Under the pieces are notes generated by a model. It saw only the letters and a program-made list of their open reading frames with translations. It did no database searches and was not told where the DNA came from. Positions 1 to 9,095 of a stretch of 30,729 nt of DNA are shown piece after piece. Source of the stretch: Candidatus Eiseniibacteriota bacterium (GTDB lineage: Bacteria; Eisenbacteria; RBG-16-71-46); the NCBI GenBank assembly GCA_031366795.1, contig JANLOX010000058.1, positions 1 to 30,729 of the forward strand. Reading direction: 5' to 3'. The translations under genes and the position numbers were made by a program. Position 1 is the first letter of the stretch. Each line of letters begins with the position of its first letter.

Positions 1-142
1 GATGGTGATGCCGGGAGACAATATCGACGGAATGGAAATCGAACTGATCAGCACGATCGCGATGGAAGACGGGTTGCGCTTCGCGATCCGTGAAGGCGGC
101 CGCACGGTCGGCGCCGGTGTCGTCACCCAGATCATCAAGTAG
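1..142 (+). CDS. tuf: Elongation factor Tu, 3' end (partial)
   Basis: Frame from base 2 reads [46 protein letters not shown], the EF-Tu C-terminus; TAG at 140-142; directly upstream of rpsJ. Not in the ORF track. Confidence 0.97.
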   Translation, partial: MVMPGDNIDGMEIELISTIAMEDGLRFAIREGGRTVGAGVVTQIIK

Positions 143-153
143 GAATCAAAACA

Positions 154-459
154 ATGATTCAGAAGATCCGCATCAAGTTGAAGTCATACGATCACGCCAC
201 GCTGGACCAATCGGCGGGCGAGATCGTTCGTGCGGCGCGCCGCACCGGGGCCGAGACCTCGGGGCCGGTGCCGCTGCCCACGAAGAAGCCGATCTACACC
301 GTTTTGCGCAGTCCGCACGTCGACAAGAAGTCGCGTGAGCAGTTCGAGATCCGCATTCACAAGCGGCTGATCGACATCACGCGCTCGACCCCCCAGACGA
401 TGGAAGCGCTCGAGAAGCTAGACATCCCGGCTGGCGTAGACATCGAAATCAAGACTTAG
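154..459 (+). CDS. rpsJ: 30S ribosomal protein uS10
   Basis: [32 protein letters not shown] motifs; first gene of the S10 cluster. Confidence 0.99.
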   Translation: MIQKIRIKLKSYDHATLDQSAGEIVRAARRTGAETSGPVPLPTKKPIYTVLRSPHVDKKSREQFEIRIHKRLIDITRSTPQTMEALEKLDIPAGVDIEIKT

Positions 460-551
460 GAAAGCGATTCGCGCCCGCCCGTTGCGCGGTCTGGCAGCCA
501 GGCACGACTCGCGGTCCTACGAATAATGCATAACCGGAGTAACTCTCCATC

Positions 552-1175
552 ATGATCGGATTAATCGGTAAGAAAGTCGGAATGACCCAGCTCTTCGATG
601 AGAAGGGCGAGGGGATTCCCGTCACCGTGATCGAAGCGGGGCCATGCACCATCACCGATGTGCGCACGCTCGAGCGTGACGGCTACCAGGCCGTCCAGCT
701 CGGCTACGGCGCGGTGAAGGAAAAGCGCATGACGCGTCCCGTGCTGGGCCAGTACAAGAAGCGGAACCTGGCGCCGGCGAAGTTCATGCGCGAATTTCGC
801 GTCGAGGACCTGAACGGTCTCGAAGTCGGCGGTCACCTGACCGTGGACCTGTTCGAGAAGGGCCATCACGTGGACGTGCAGGGCGTCACGAAGGGACGGG
901 GTTTTACCGGTGTCGTGAAGCGCTACGGCTTCGTGACCGGGCACGCCTCGCACGGACCTACGCATGGCAAGCAGCCCGGATCGATCGGCTCGTCGGCGTA
1001 CCCGTCGCGGGTCATCAAGGGCAAGCGCATGCCGGGCCGCATGGGCGGCGAGAAGTTCACGGCCAAGAACCTCGAGGTCGTCGCGGTCGACGCCGAACAG
1101 AATGTCCTGCTGGTGCGGGGCGCGGTACCTGGTCCGGCGAACGGTCTCGTGATGATCCGCAAACGGAATGACTGA
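552..1175 (+). CDS. rplC: 50S ribosomal protein uL3
   Basis: GKKVGMTQ, PVTVIEAGPC, DGYQAVQLG, KGRGFTGVVKR, PGSIG; GGAG SD at 536-539. Confidence 0.99.
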   Translation: MIGLIGKKVGMTQLFDEKGEGIPVTVIEAGPCTITDVRTLERDGYQAVQLGYGAVKEKRMTRPVLGQYKKRNLAPAKFMREFRVEDLNGLEVGGHLTVDLFEKGHHVDVQGVTKGRGFTGVVKRYGFVTGHASHGPTHGKQPGSIGSSAYPSRVIKGKRMPGRMGGEKFTAKNLEVVAVDAEQNVLLVRGAVPGPANGLVMIRKRND

Positions 1176-1176
1176 T

Positions 1177-1809
1177 ATGAGCGCCACGGTGAAGGTGTAT
1201 GCGATGGACGGTAGTGCCAAGGGCTCGGCCGAGCTGCCGGCGGACTTGTTCGGTCAGCCGGTGAACGAGCACTTGTTGTGGATGTCGGTGAAGCGCCACC
1301 TGGGCAACCAGCGTCAGGGCACGGCCGCGGTGAAGAATCGCGCCATGGTGTCCGGCGGCGGCAAGAAGCCGTTCAAGCAGAAGGGAACGGGCCGCGCGCG
1401 CCAGGGCTCGAACACGTCACCGCTCATGCCGGGTGGTGGCCGCACGTTCGGTCCCCAGCCGAAGAGCTGGCGCACCGACCTGCCGAAGCAGCAGCGTCGC
1501 GCGGCGCTGGCTTCGGCGCTGTCGCTCAAGGCGAGTGAGAACGCGGTGTCGATTCTCGATCAGTTGTCGGTCCAGTCGATCAAGACCTCGAGTGTCGCAG
1601 CGGTGCTCAAGTCGCTCGGCATCTACGGCAAGCGCACACTGTTGATCGTGGGCGAGCACGACGACACGCTGTGGAAGTCGTGCCGCAACATCCGCACGCT
1701 GTCGATGACGGTCGCGGACCGCTTGAACGCCTACGAACTGCTGCATTGCGAAGCCGTGGTGCTGACCTCGGCGGGCCTCAAGCGCGTTCAGGAGGTACAC
1801 ACCGGATGA
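1177..1809 (+). CDS. rplD: 50S ribosomal protein uL4
   Basis: RQGT, GGGKKPFKQKGTGRARQGS, GGGRTFGP; alternative start at 1168. Confidence 0.98.
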   Translation: MSATVKVYAMDGSAKGSAELPADLFGQPVNEHLLWMSVKRHLGNQRQGTAAVKNRAMVSGGGKKPFKQKGTGRARQGSNTSPLMPGGGRTFGPQPKSWRTDLPKQQRRAALASALSLKASENAVSILDQLSVQSIKTSSVAAVLKSLGIYGKRTLLIVGEHDDTLWKSCRNIRTLSMTVADRLNAYELLHCEAVVLTSAGLKRVQEVHTG

Positions 1810-2096
1810 AGGACTCCCGTACCATTCTGCGCCGCGCGCTGATCACCGAAAAGGGCACGCTGCTCCGCGAAGTGCGGAACCAGTACCTGTTCGAAGTGGA
1901 GCGCGACGCCAACAAGATCGATATCAAGCGCGCCGTCGAGACCATCTTCAAAGTGAAGGTCAAGTCGGTGCGGACCCAGCAGCAGCTGGGCAAGGTTCGC
2001 CGCCAGGGCCGCTATGCCGGCAAGCGCAGCGATTGGAAAAAGGCCATTGTGACGCTCCAGCCAGATCAGAAGATCGATCTGTTCGAGCAGATCTAA
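1806..2096 (+). CDS. rplW: 50S ribosomal protein uL23
   Basis: ITEK, ANKIDIKRAVE, WKKAIVTL; ATG at 1806 overlaps the rplD stop (ATGA). The ORF-track start at 1671 is too far upstream. Confidence 0.98.
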   Translation: MKDSRTILRRALITEKGTLLREVRNQYLFEVERDANKIDIKRAVETIFKVKVKSVRTQQQLGKVRRQGRYAGKRSDWKKAIVTLQPDQKIDLFEQI

Positions 2097-2105
2097 GGAC
2101 GAATC

Positions 2106-2930
2106 ATGGGACTCAAAAAATTCCGTCCGACGACTCCGACGCTGCGACACAGCGAGCTGCCGGACTACAAGGAAATCACCCGCCGCCAGCCGGTGAAGTC
2201 GCTCACTGAGCCGTTGTCGAAGAGCGGTGGACGCAACAACTATGGCCAGATCTCGCAGCGCTGGATCGGTGGCGGGCACAAGCGCCGCTACCGGATCATC
2301 GACTTCCGTCGCACCAAGGACGGCGTCCCGGCGGTGGTGGCGAGCATCGAGTACGATCCCAACCGTTCGGCGCGCATCGCGTTGCTGAACTACTTGGACG
2401 GTGAACGGCGCTACATCGTGGCGCCGGATGGCTTGAAGGTCGGGGATCGCGTGCAGTCGGGCGTCGATGCCGACATCAGCGCCGGCAATTGCCTGCCGCT
2501 CAAGTCGATCCCGCTCGGTACCAACGTGCACAACGTCGAATTGATTCCCGGACGCCTGTCGCGTGTCGCGCGCAGCGCCGGGGCTTACTGCCAGGTGATG
2601 GCGAAGGACGGCGATTACGCGCAGCTGCGCCTGCCGTCCGGTGAAGTTCGCAAGTTCCACGTGAACTGCCGCGCCGTCGTCGGGCAGGTCGGTAATCTCG
2701 AGCACGAAAACGTGTCGTACGGCAAGGCGGGACGCACCCGCTGGAAGGGCCGGCTCGGCAGCGTGCGCGGTGTCGCCATGAATCCCGTTGACCATCCGAT
2801 GGGCGGCGGTGAAGGCAAGTCGTCGGGCGGCCGCCATCCGTGTTCGCCATGGGGCAAGATCACCAAGGGTCTCAAGACCCGTCGAAGCAAGTTGAGCGAT
2901 TCGCTCATCCTGCGTCGCAGGAAGAAGTAA
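2106..2930 (+). CDS. rplB: 50S ribosomal protein uL2
   Basis: [49 protein letters not shown]. Confidence 0.99.
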   Translation: MGLKKFRPTTPTLRHSELPDYKEITRRQPVKSLTEPLSKSGGRNNYGQISQRWIGGGHKRRYRIIDFRRTKDGVPAVVASIEYDPNRSARIALLNYLDGERRYIVAPDGLKVGDRVQSGVDADISAGNCLPLKSIPLGTNVHNVELIPGRLSRVARSAGAYCQVMAKDGDYAQLRLPSGEVRKFHVNCRAVVGQVGNLEHENVSYGKAGRTRWKGRLGSVRGVAMNPVDHPMGGGEGKSSGGRHPCSPWGKITKGLKTRRSKLSDSLILRRRKK

Positions 2931-2942
2931 GGAGAGCCGTCG

Positions 2943-3233
2943 ATGGCGCGTTCAATCAAGAAGGGCCCGTTCGTCGTCGAATCTCTGTTCAAGAAGATCG
3001 AGACGATGAACCGGAGTGGTGAGAAGCGGGTCGTGAAGACGTGGGCCCGCCGCTCGACGGTCGTGCCGGAGTTCATTGGCCACACGCTGGCCGTGCACAA
3101 TGGCAATAAGTTCATCCCGATCTACATCACCGAGAACATGGTGGGACACAAGCTCGGCGAATTCGTACCGACCCGCGTGTTCCGTGGGCACGGCCAGAAG
3201 GCCGCCGAAAAAGTCTCCGCACCCGGGAAATAG
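2943..3233 (+). CDS. rpsS: 30S ribosomal protein uS19
   Basis: [31 protein letters not shown]. Confidence 0.99.
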   Translation: MARSIKKGPFVVESLFKKIETMNRSGEKRVVKTWARRSTVVPEFIGHTLAVHNGNKFIPIYITENMVGHKLGEFVPTRVFRGHGQKAAEKVSAPGK

Positions 3234-3236
3234 ACC

Positions 3237-3572
3237 ATGGAAACCAGAGCCATTCAGCGGTACGTGCGGATCACCCCGCGCAAGTGCAACCAGGTGCTGG
3301 AGCTGATCCGCGGGCAGTCCGTGGAGTCGGCCCAGACGACGCTGGAGTTCACGCCCAAGTTGGGCGCCCGAATCGTTCAGAAGGTGCTCAAGTCTGCGGT
3401 TGCGAATGCGCTGCACGAGGGCAAGGTGCGACTCGAGGACCTCTACGTGAAAGAGGCCGTCGTTGGCGCCGGTCCCACGCTCAAGCGTTGGCTGCCGCGC
3501 GCCCAGGGGCGCGCCACCCCGTTGCTCAAGCGCACGAGTCACGTTCAGGTGACCGTGGCGACCAAGGAGTAA
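3237..3572 (+). CDS. rplV: 50S ribosomal protein uL22
   Basis: RITPRK, SAVANA, GPTLKRWLPRAQGRA, KRTSH. Confidence 0.98.
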   Translation: METRAIQRYVRITPRKCNQVLELIRGQSVESAQTTLEFTPKLGARIVQKVLKSAVANALHEGKVRLEDLYVKEAVVGAGPTLKRWLPRAQGRATPLLKRTSHVQVTVATKE

Positions 3573-3581
3573 TCAGAAACC

Positions 3582-4262
3582 ATGGGTCAGAAAGCCAATC
3601 CGATCGGGCTGCGGCTCGGCATCGTCAAGACGTGGGATTCCAAGTGGTTCGCGCAGCGTAACTATGCCGAACTGCTCAAGGAGGACCTGCTGATCAAGCG
3701 CTACTTGAAGAAGCGCCTGTACCAGGCCGGCATCTCCAAGATCACCATCGAGCGCAAGGGCGACAAGGTGACGATTGGCATTCGCACCGCGCGTCCGGGT
3801 CTGGTGATCGGGCGCAAGGGCGAGCAGGTCGACAAGCTGTCCGAAGAAATGAAGACGCTCACCAAGAAGTCCGTGCAGCTCAACATCGAAGAGATCAAGC
3901 GCGCCGACCTCGACGCCCAGCTGGTGGCGGAGCACATCGCCAAGCAGCTCGAGCAGCGGGTGTCGTTTCGCCGCGCCATGAAGAAGGCGATCCAGTCCTC
4001 GATGCGCGCGGGCGCCTTAGGCATCCGCGTCGCCGCGTCGGGCCGCCTGGGTGGCGCCGAAATGGCGCGCTACGAAACCTACCGCGATGGCCGGGTGCCG
4101 CTGCATACGCTGCGCGCCGACATCGACTTCGCCCGTGCCACCGCGTTCACCCCGTTCGGAACCTGCGGCGTGAAGGTGTGGATGTTCCACGGCGAAGTAC
4201 TCGACAAGTCACAGACCGCGGCCGAGACCGGCACGCGGACCGCCGCCAAGGCAGGAGCGTAA
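3582..4262 (+). CDS. rpsC: 30S ribosomal protein uS3
   Basis: [43 protein letters not shown]. Confidence 0.99.
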   Translation: MGQKANPIGLRLGIVKTWDSKWFAQRNYAELLKEDLLIKRYLKKRLYQAGISKITIERKGDKVTIGIRTARPGLVIGRKGEQVDKLSEEMKTLTKKSVQLNIEEIKRADLDAQLVAEHIAKQLEQRVSFRRAMKKAIQSSMRAGALGIRVAASGRLGGAEMARYETYRDGRVPLHTLRADIDFARATAFTPFGTCGVKVWMFHGEVLDKSQTAAETGTRTAAKAGA

Positions 4263-4266
4263 TCCC

Positions 4267-4689
4267 ATGCTGATGCCAAAGCGTGTCAAATACCGCAAGC
4301 AGCAGCGCGGGCGTATGAATGGCAAGGCGTACCGTGGCAGTTCGGTGACGTTCGGCGAGTTCGGGCTGCAGGCGCTCGAGCCGGCGTGGGTCACGAACCG
4401 CCAGATCGAAGCCGCGCGTGTCGCGATCACCCGTTCAATCAAACGCGGCGGCAAGGTGTGGATCCGCGTGTTCCCGGACAAGCCGGTCACGAAGAAGCCG
4501 GCGGAAACGCGAATGGGCAAGGGTAAGGGTGCCCCTGAATTCTGGGTCGCCGTCGTGAAGCCGGGCCGCGTGCTGTTCGAGCTCGAAGGTATCCCCAAGA
4601 AGGCCGCCCAGGATGCCATGAAGCTCGGCGCCTCGAAGCTGCCGATCCGCACGCGTTTCGTCGAGCGGCACCAGCTGGGAGGGGAGTAA
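4267..4689 (+). CDS. rplP: 50S ribosomal protein uL16
   Basis: [31 protein letters not shown]. Confidence 0.99.
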   Translation: MLMPKRVKYRKQQRGRMNGKAYRGSSVTFGEFGLQALEPAWVTNRQIEAARVAITRSIKRGGKVWIRVFPDKPVTKKPAETRMGKGKGAPEFWVAVVKPGRVLFELEGIPKKAAQDAMKLGASKLPIRTRFVERHQLGGE

Positions 4690-4693
4690 TTCA

Positions 4694-4918
4694 ATGGCGC
4701 ACCTCAAGCCAAATTCGATTCGCGACATGGGAGTGGATGAACTTGAGACCCGTGTCGCCGAGCTGCGTGAAGAGCTGTTCAATCTGCGCTTCCGCAACTC
4801 ACTGAAGCAGCTCGACAACCCGCTTAAGATCCGGGAAGGCCGCCGCGAAATGGCGCGTGTCCTCACCGTACTGAACGAGAAGCAGCGGACGGCAGGATCC
4901 GCGGCGACGAAGGCGTAA
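4694..4918 (+). CDS. rpmC: 50S ribosomal protein uL29
   Basis: [20 protein letters not shown]; position between rplP and rpsQ. Confidence 0.97.
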   Translation: MAHLKPNSIRDMGVDELETRVAELREELFNLRFRNSLKQLDNPLKIREGRREMARVLTVLNEKQRTAGSAATKA

Positions 4919-4920
4919 TC

Positions 4921-4954
4921 CTTAAGGAGGCGCTTAAGCAGGCGCCCCTTCAAG
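4921..4954 (+). other. Intergenic stem-loop between rpmC and rpsQ
   Basis: CTT-AAGG-a-GGCGCTT-aagc-AGGCGCC-CCTT-c-AAG folds into a bulged hairpin; no U-tract. Confidence 0.5.
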
Positions 4955-4971
4955 AGGTCAGGACCAACGAC

Positions 4972-5265
4972 ATGACGACGGAAACGACGACGGAAACGAC
5001 GACGGAAGCGGCCGAACGCAATCGCCGGAAGGCGCGCGTGGGCAAGGTGGTCAGCGATCGCATGGACAAGACCGTGGTGGTCTCCATCGAGCGCCTGGTG
5101 AAGCACACGACCTACGGCCGTTACGTCCGTCGCCGCGAAAAGTTCAAGGTGCACGACGAGAACAACGAGTGTCGCATTGGGGACACCATTCGCTTCATGG
5201 AGACGCGCCCGTTGTCCAAGGACAAGCGCTGGCGTTTCGCGGGATTCGTGGAGCGCGCCCGATAG
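4972..5265 (+). CDS. rpsQ: 30S ribosomal protein uS17
   Basis: [32 protein letters not shown]. Confidence 0.99.
   Translation: MTTETTTETTTEAAERNRRKARVGKVVSDRMDKTVVVSIERLVKHTTYGRYVRRREKFKVHDENNECRIGDTIRFMETRPLSKDKRWRFAGFVERAR
4974..5007 (+). repeat. 12-bp in-frame tandem repeat (GACGACGGAAAC x ~2.8) encoding [11 protein letters not shown]
   Basis: Exact copies at 4974-4985 and 4986-4997, partial copy at 4998-5007. Confidence 0.9.
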
Positions 5266-5277
5266 CGCGAGCGCTTA

Positions 5278-5307
5278 GTCCTTTCGGGCTCTGAAGCCCT
5301 AAGGGAC
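5278..5307 (+). other. Stem-loop at the S10/spc boundary
   Basis: GTCCTTT-c-GGGCT-ctga-AGCCC-t-AAGGGAC; 12 bp including one G-U pair, plus one mismatch; no U-tract. Confidence 0.55.
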
Positions 5308-5323
5308 ACCAGAGGGAGATCAG

Positions 5324-5692
5324 ATGATTCAGCTTCGATCCATAGTGACGGTCGCCGACAACTCCGGCGCCAAGCGTGCCCAGTGCATCAAGGTGCTTGG
5401 CGGGCATCATCGTCGCTACGGCCGTTTGGGCGACATCGTCGTGGTGTCGATCCGGGATGCCATCCCGGGAGCGCAGGTGAAGAAGGGTGACGTCGCGAAA
5501 GCGGTCGTCGTGCGCGCCGTGAAGGAAGGCCGTCGCAAGGACGGCAGCTACATCCGTTTCGATGAAAATGCCGTGGTGCTCATCAATGACGACCGGGAGC
5601 CCAAGGGTACCCGTATCTTCGGCCCGGTGGCGCGCGAACTCCGCGAAAAGGCCTTCATGAAGATCATCTCGCTCGCGCCGGAGGTCATCTAA
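5324..5692 (+). CDS. rplN: 50S ribosomal protein uL14
   Basis: [45 protein letters not shown]. Confidence 0.99.
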   Translation: MIQLRSIVTVADNSGAKRAQCIKVLGGHHRRYGRLGDIVVVSIRDAIPGAQVKKGDVAKAVVVRAVKEGRRKDGSYIRFDENAVVLINDDREPKGTRIFGPVARELREKAFMKIISLAPEVI

Positions 5693-6018
5693 TGGCGCTC
5701 AAGATTCGCAAGGGCGACCGCGTCCAGGTCATCGCCGGTGACGACAAGGGCAAGATCGGCCGCGTGTTGTCGGTCGACGAAACGAAGAATCGCATCATCG
5801 TCGAGCACGTGAACTTCGTGAAGCGCCACACCAAGGCGCGCAAGCAGGGCGGACAGAGCGGCATCATCGAGCGCGAAGCGCCGATGCACGTGTCCAATGT
5901 GATGCTGTACGACGACAAGGCGGGCCGGGGAACGCGCATCGGCACGCGCGTGCTGCCGGACGGGTCGCGGGAGCGGATTTCGCGCGCCAGCGGCGAGACG
6001 ATTGCGAAGGGCGAATAA
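5692..6018 (+). CDS. rplX: 50S ribosomal protein uL24
   Basis: KOW motif [33 protein letters not shown] overlap with rplN. Confidence 0.99.
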   Translation: MALKIRKGDRVQVIAGDDKGKIGRVLSVDETKNRIIVEHVNFVKRHTKARKQGGQSGIIEREAPMHVSNVMLYDDKAGRGTRIGTRVLPDGSRERISRASGETIAKGE

Positions 6019-6020
6019 AC

Positions 6021-6740
6021 ATGGCGGACGACAAGAAGGCTAAGGGCGCCGACAAGGCGCCGAAGGCTCCGAAGGCCGAAAAGGCTCCCAAGCCCGAGAA
6101 GGCCGTCAAGACCACCAAGGGTTCGCGGGCCGGCAAGGGCGGCGAGGGCACCACGCGCGGAGCAGTCTCCGCCGAGCGCCCGCGCGGCTCCGCCGGCAAG
6201 CCGCGGATGTCCAAGTTCTACGAAGACAATGTGCGGCCCGAGCTGATGAAGAAGTTCGGCTACAAGAACGTGATGCAGGCGCCGCGCTTCACCAAGATCG
6301 TCGTGAACATGGGCGTGGGCGACGCGCTGTCGGACCAGAAGCTGCTCGAAGCGGCGTCCAACGAACTCGGCCAGATCACCGGCCAGCGTCCGTCGTTGCG
6401 CCGGGCCAAGAAGTCGATCTCCAACTTCAAGCTGCGCGAAGGTGTGGCGATCGGCTGCGCCGTGACGTTGCGCGGTGCGCGCATGTACGAATTTTTCGAC
6501 CGTCTGGTCCACGTTGCGGTGCCTCGTATTCGCGACTTCCGTGGGCTTAGCCCGCGGTCGTTCGACGGACAGGGCAACTACAACATGGGGCTCACGGAGC
6601 AGATCATTTTTCCCGAGATCAATTACGACCGGGTGAGCAAGGTGCGCGGCATGGACGTGACCATTGTCACGACGGCCCACACGGACGAGGAAGGGCGCGA
6701 ACTGCTGAAGCTCATGCAGATGCCTTTCCGTCAGCGATAA
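6021..6740 (+). CDS. rplE: 50S ribosomal protein uL5 with ~60-aa Lys/Ala/Pro-rich N-terminal extension
   Basis: [42 protein letters not shown]. Confidence 0.98.
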   Translation: MADDKKAKGADKAPKAPKAEKAPKPEKAVKTTKGSRAGKGGEGTTRGAVSAERPRGSAGKPRMSKFYEDNVRPELMKKFGYKNVMQAPRFTKIVVNMGVGDALSDQKLLEAASNELGQITGQRPSLRRAKKSISNFKLREGVAIGCAVTLRGARMYEFFDRLVHVAVPRIRDFRGLSPRSFDGQGNYNMGLTEQIIFPEINYDRVSKVRGMDVTIVTTAHTDEEGRELLKLMQMPFRQR

Positions 6741-6752
6741 GTCGGAGGAGCC

Positions 6753-6938
6753 TTGGCGAAGAAGTCGATTGTCGAAAAGTGGAAGCGGACGCCGAAGTTC
6801 AAGGTCCGCGCGTACAACCGCTGCCACCGTTGTGGCCGGCCGCGCGCGTTCCTGCGGGATTTCGGCATGTGCCGAATCTGCTTCCGGGACCTGGCGCTGT
6901 CGGGACAGATCCCTGGGGTCACTAAGTCGAGCTGGTAA
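6753..6938 (+). CDS. rpsN: 30S ribosomal protein uS14, short zinc-binding (type Z) form
   Basis: 61 aa, RCHRCGRPR...MCRICFR...[12 protein letters not shown] start after GGAGGAG. Confidence 0.98.
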   Translation: MAKKSIVEKWKRTPKFKVRAYNRCHRCGRPRAFLRDFGMCRICFRDLALSGQIPGVTKSSW

Positions 6939-6940
6939 AC

Positions 6941-7024
6941 CGCTCGCCTCTTTTTGAAGGTGAGTGATTGGCTGTCTCACAGGACCAGGCTGCAGGGCGC
7001 CTTGGGTGGCGCCCTGGACGCTGG
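6941..7024 (+). promoter_or_regulatory. Structured rpsN-rpsH spacer (two hairpins), candidate cis-regulatory element
   Basis: CGCTCGCCT/AGGTGAGTG (6941-6966) and CAGGGCGCC/GGCGCCCTG (6993-7016, extendable with CCAG/CTGG), just before the rpsH SD. Confidence 0.4.
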
Positions 7025-7036
7025 GACGGAGGTTTC

Positions 7037-7435
7037 ATGTCGGTCAGTGATCCGGTGGCGGATTTCCTCACCGGGATTCGCAACGCGCTAAGGGCTCGGC
7101 ACCGCAAGCTGGACGTGCCCGCGAGCAAGCTGAAGGCTGAGCTTGCGAAGGTGCTGCTGCGCGAGCGATACATCAATAACTTCAAGCTCATCGACGATGA
7201 GCGCCAGGGTGTGCTGCGGGTCTACCTCAAGTACGGTCAGGACGAGAACCCGGTGATCAGCGGCCTGCGCCGCTCGAGCACCCCGGGCCGTCGCGTGTAC
7301 GTGGCGAAGGACTCGATCCCCAGGGTGATGGGCGGTCTCGGTACCGCCATCGTGTCGACGTCGAAGGGCATCATGACGGACCGCGAGGCGCGCGAGGCTG
7401 GTCTCGGCGGCGAGCTCGTGTGCCAGGTTTGGTAG
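7037..7435 (+). CDS. rpsH: 30S ribosomal protein uS8
   Basis: DPVADFLTGIRNA, STPGRRVY, GLGTAIVSTSKG, GGELVC; ATG at 7037 after GGAGGT. The ORF-track start at 6968 is rejected. Confidence 0.99.
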   Translation: MSVSDPVADFLTGIRNALRARHRKLDVPASKLKAELAKVLLRERYINNFKLIDDERQGVLRVYLKYGQDENPVISGLRRSSTPGRRVYVAKDSIPRVMGGLGTAIVSTSKGIMTDREAREAGLGGELVCQVW

Positions 7436-7444
7436 GGGGCCGCC

Positions 7445-7984
7445 ATGTCGCGAATCGGTAAGCTGCCTGTCGCCATCCCGAGCGGCGTTTCGGTCGCCGT
7501 CGCGGACGAGCGGGTCAAGGTCAAGGGTCCCAAGGGCGAGCTGGTCACGCCCGTGCTGCTGGGCACCCACGTTGCGGTCGAAGGGACGCAAGTCCGGGTC
7601 ACGGCGGAGCGCATCACGCGCAACCCCGCGTTCGGAACCATGCGCGCCCTGATCCAGAACATGGTGACCGGTGTGAGCACCGGCTTCAGCAAGACGCTAG
7701 AGATCGTCGGAACCGGCTACCGCGCCAACATGGACGGAGCCACCAAGCTCGTGCTCACGCTCGGCTTCTCGCACCCGATCCACTTCGAGGCGCCGGCCGG
7801 AATCATCATCAAGTGTGAGACCCCGACGCGTGTCACGATCAGCGGTTTCGACAAGTACCTGGTGGGCCAGGTGGCTGCGGACATTCGCGCCTACCGTCCG
7901 CCTGAGCCGTACAAGGGCAAGGGTGTGAAGTACGAAGGTGAGTACATCCGTCGCAAGGCCGGTAAGGCCGCAGGAGCAGCGTAA
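7445..7984 (+). CDS. rplF: 50S ribosomal protein uL6
   Basis: [39 protein letters not shown]. Confidence 0.99.
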   Translation: MSRIGKLPVAIPSGVSVAVADERVKVKGPKGELVTPVLLGTHVAVEGTQVRVTAERITRNPAFGTMRALIQNMVTGVSTGFSKTLEIVGTGYRANMDGATKLVLTLGFSHPIHFEAPAGIIIKCETPTRVTISGFDKYLVGQVAADIRAYRPPEPYKGKGVKYEGEYIRRKAGKAAGAA

Positions 7985-8349
7985 TGAGCGGTTTCCACAA
8001 CAAATATGAGCGGCGGCGCATTCGCCGTTATCGCATTCGCAAGCGCGTCGTGGGGTCGGTTGCCCGTCCGCGGTTGTCGGTGTTCCGCAGCGCCAATGAC
8101 ATCTACGCGCAGCTGATCGACGACGTGACCGGGACGACTCTCGCGGCGGCATCGAGCCGGGAAGAACTGGGCTCGCCCGTCGAAGGCAAGGGTAAGACCG
8201 CAAAGAGCTTCGCGGTCGGCAAGCTCGTCGCCGAGCGCGCGGTCGCAAAGGGCATCGATCTGGTGGCCTTCGATCGCGGCGGCTATCTGTATCACGGTCG
8301 TGTGAAGGCGCTCGCTGAAGGCGCCCGAGCCGCCGGACTGAAATTCTAG
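7984..8349 (+). CDS. rplR: 50S ribosomal protein uL18
   Basis: [36 protein letters not shown]. Confidence 0.99.
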   Translation: MSGFHNKYERRRIRRYRIRKRVVGSVARPRLSVFRSANDIYAQLIDDVTGTTLAAASSREELGSPVEGKGKTAKSFAVGKLVAERAVAKGIDLVAFDRGGYLYHGRVKALAEGARAAGLKF

Positions 8350-8358
8350 GAGGATCCA

Positions 8359-8898
8359 TTGGCACGAGCTCCTTCGCATCATTCGCACGCGGACGCTCCG
8401 AAGTCGGAGTTCCTCGAGCGCGTCATCAATGTCAATCGCTGCGCCAAGGTCGTGAAGGGCGGGCGGCGCTTCTCGTTCAACGCCATCGTCGCCGTCGGCG
8501 ACCAGAAGGGTCGCGTCGGTGTGGGACTGGGCAAGGCCAATGAAGTCGCCGATGCGATTCGCAAGGCGGGTGACGTGGCCAAGAAGAACCTGTTCAAGGT
8601 GCCGGTCACGCGCTCGGGCTCGATCCCGCACGTCGTCATCGGTCACTTCGGAGCCGGTCGCGTGATGCTCAAGCCAGCCACGCCGGGAACGGGCGTCATC
8701 GCGGGCTCGACGGTTCGCGCCGTGCTCGAAGTCGCCGGAGTCCAGAACGTGCTGACGAAGTGCCTGGGCAGCCGCAATCCGCACAATCTCGTGAAGGCCA
8801 CCATCGAGGGTCTGAGGCAGCTGCGCCGCGCCGGCGATATCGCCCGCGCGCGTGGCATGACGGTTACTGAGCTGTTCGGAACGAGGAGCGCACAGTAA
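8359..8898 (+). CDS. rpsE: 30S ribosomal protein uS5
   Basis: [28 protein letters not shown] start after AGGAGG. Confidence 0.99.
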   Translation: MARAPSHHSHADAPKSEFLERVINVNRCAKVVKGGRRFSFNAIVAVGDQKGRVGVGLGKANEVADAIRKAGDVAKKNLFKVPVTRSGSIPHVVIGHFGAGRVMLKPATPGTGVIAGSTVRAVLEVAGVQNVLTKCLGSRNPHNLVKATIEGLRQLRRAGDIARARGMTVTELFGTRSAQ

Positions 8899-9083
8899 TG
8901 GCTGGCAAGCTCCGCATTCAGCAGGTAAAGAGCGCGGGCGGTCATCGCTTCGACCAGGAGCGTACGATCCGCGCGCTGGGATTCCGCAAGCTCAACCAGA
9001 CGGTCGAACACAACGACACTCCCCAGATCAGGGGCATGGTCTTCAAGGTCCGCCACCTTGTAAAGGTGGAGGAAAGCCAGTAG
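8898..9083 (+). CDS. rpmD: 50S ribosomal protein uL30
   Basis: TIRALG, DTPQIRGM, KVRHLV; position between rpsE and rplO. Confidence 0.97.
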   Translation: MAGKLRIQQVKSAGGHRFDQERTIRALGFRKLNQTVEHNDTPQIRGMVFKVRHLVKVEESQ

Positions 9084-9095
9084 GACGACGCCACA

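Noticed and set aside
6968..7036. Apparent N-terminal extension of uS8 from the ORF track
   Set aside because: The canonical start MSVSDP at 7037 has a strong GGAGGT SD; the upstream part is a hairpin-rich spacer.
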